Origin: a virus
Strand: one strand, 5' to 3'
DNA: 32,000 nucleotides
IMG/VR virus record: IMGVR_UViG_3300025141_000053
Coordinates: 1 to 32,000 of that record
Below the pieces are notes generated by a model. The model had not been told where the DNA came from, made no database searches, and saw nothing but the letters and a program-made list of their open reading frames with translations. Within the stretch, counting starts at the first letter, position 1. The number at the start of each line of letters is the position of its first letter. Positions 31,945 to 32,000 of this stretch are shown piece after piece. The translations under genes were made by a program, and so were the position numbers.

Positions 31945-32000
31945 ATGTCAACAGAATTACATCATATGATATCATTTGAAGAGTTAGATACTAATAAGTT
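31945..32000 (+). CDS. 5' end of a downstream CDS (partial)
   Basis: ATG at 31945 lies 3-4 nt after GAGGTAG. The frame is open to the window end (MSTELHHMISFEELDTNK...). Confidence 0.4.
   Translation, partial: MSTELHHMISFEELDTNK

Noticed and set aside
1-32000. Search by eye for CRISPR arrays, long terminal or inverted repeats, IS elements or transposases, rRNA, and reverse-transcriptase or DGR-type repeats.
   Set aside because: I found no regularly spaced direct repeats, no transposase, integrase or RT motifs, and no long duplicated DNA apart from the diverged protease paralogs. A computational repeat search is still needed to exclude short dispersed repeats.

Overview
The window is AT-rich and densely packed. 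Every convincing gene but one lies on the + strand. Gene junctions are short or overlapping (ATGA and TTGA types). GGAG-type Shine-Dalgarno sites are common, and TTG starts are unusually frequent (857, 1643, 2574, 5250, 17696, 19053, 28149, 30390). This organisation fits a large bacteriophage or phage-like element of a low-GC bacterium. I found no rRNA, CRISPR array, integrase or transposase. Recognisable content, in order: (1) Two tandem exported trypsin-like serine proteases, each with its own terminator. (2) A run of small unknown genes containing two pairs of tandem paralogs, plus a CCHC-knuckle/ParB-like protein. (3) A tRNA and translation maintenance set: a PTH2-type peptidyl-tRNA hydrolase, a tRNA-like gene with no encoded CCA, and a long CCA-adding enzyme. 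(4) An orphan C5 DNA methyltransferase, a frameshifted HNH endonuclease and RNase HII. (5) An unlisted YacG-like gyrase-inhibitor ORF, a lone minus-strand gene and a GMP reductase-like enzyme. (6) A second C5 methyltransferase overlapping a PD-(D/E)XK ORF, a candidate type II R-M pair. (7) A replication/recombination block: GyrB/ParE-type subunit, double Myb/SANT-like protein, FtsK-like motor, stand-alone CHC2 primase zinc finger, Mre11/SbcD, Rad50/SbcC, a P-loop dNMP-kinase-like protein and a Cas4/RecB-like nuclease. The most interesting observations are the YacG-like ORF next to an element-encoded GyrB, the PTH2 gene whose homology extends upstream of any canonical start codon (a possible +1 recoding site), the tRNA-like gene with a non-folding anticodon arm, the candidate R-M pair, and tandem paralogs that share an identical N-terminal 15-mer written with different serine codons. 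All functional calls rest on motif recognition by eye. No database search was run.
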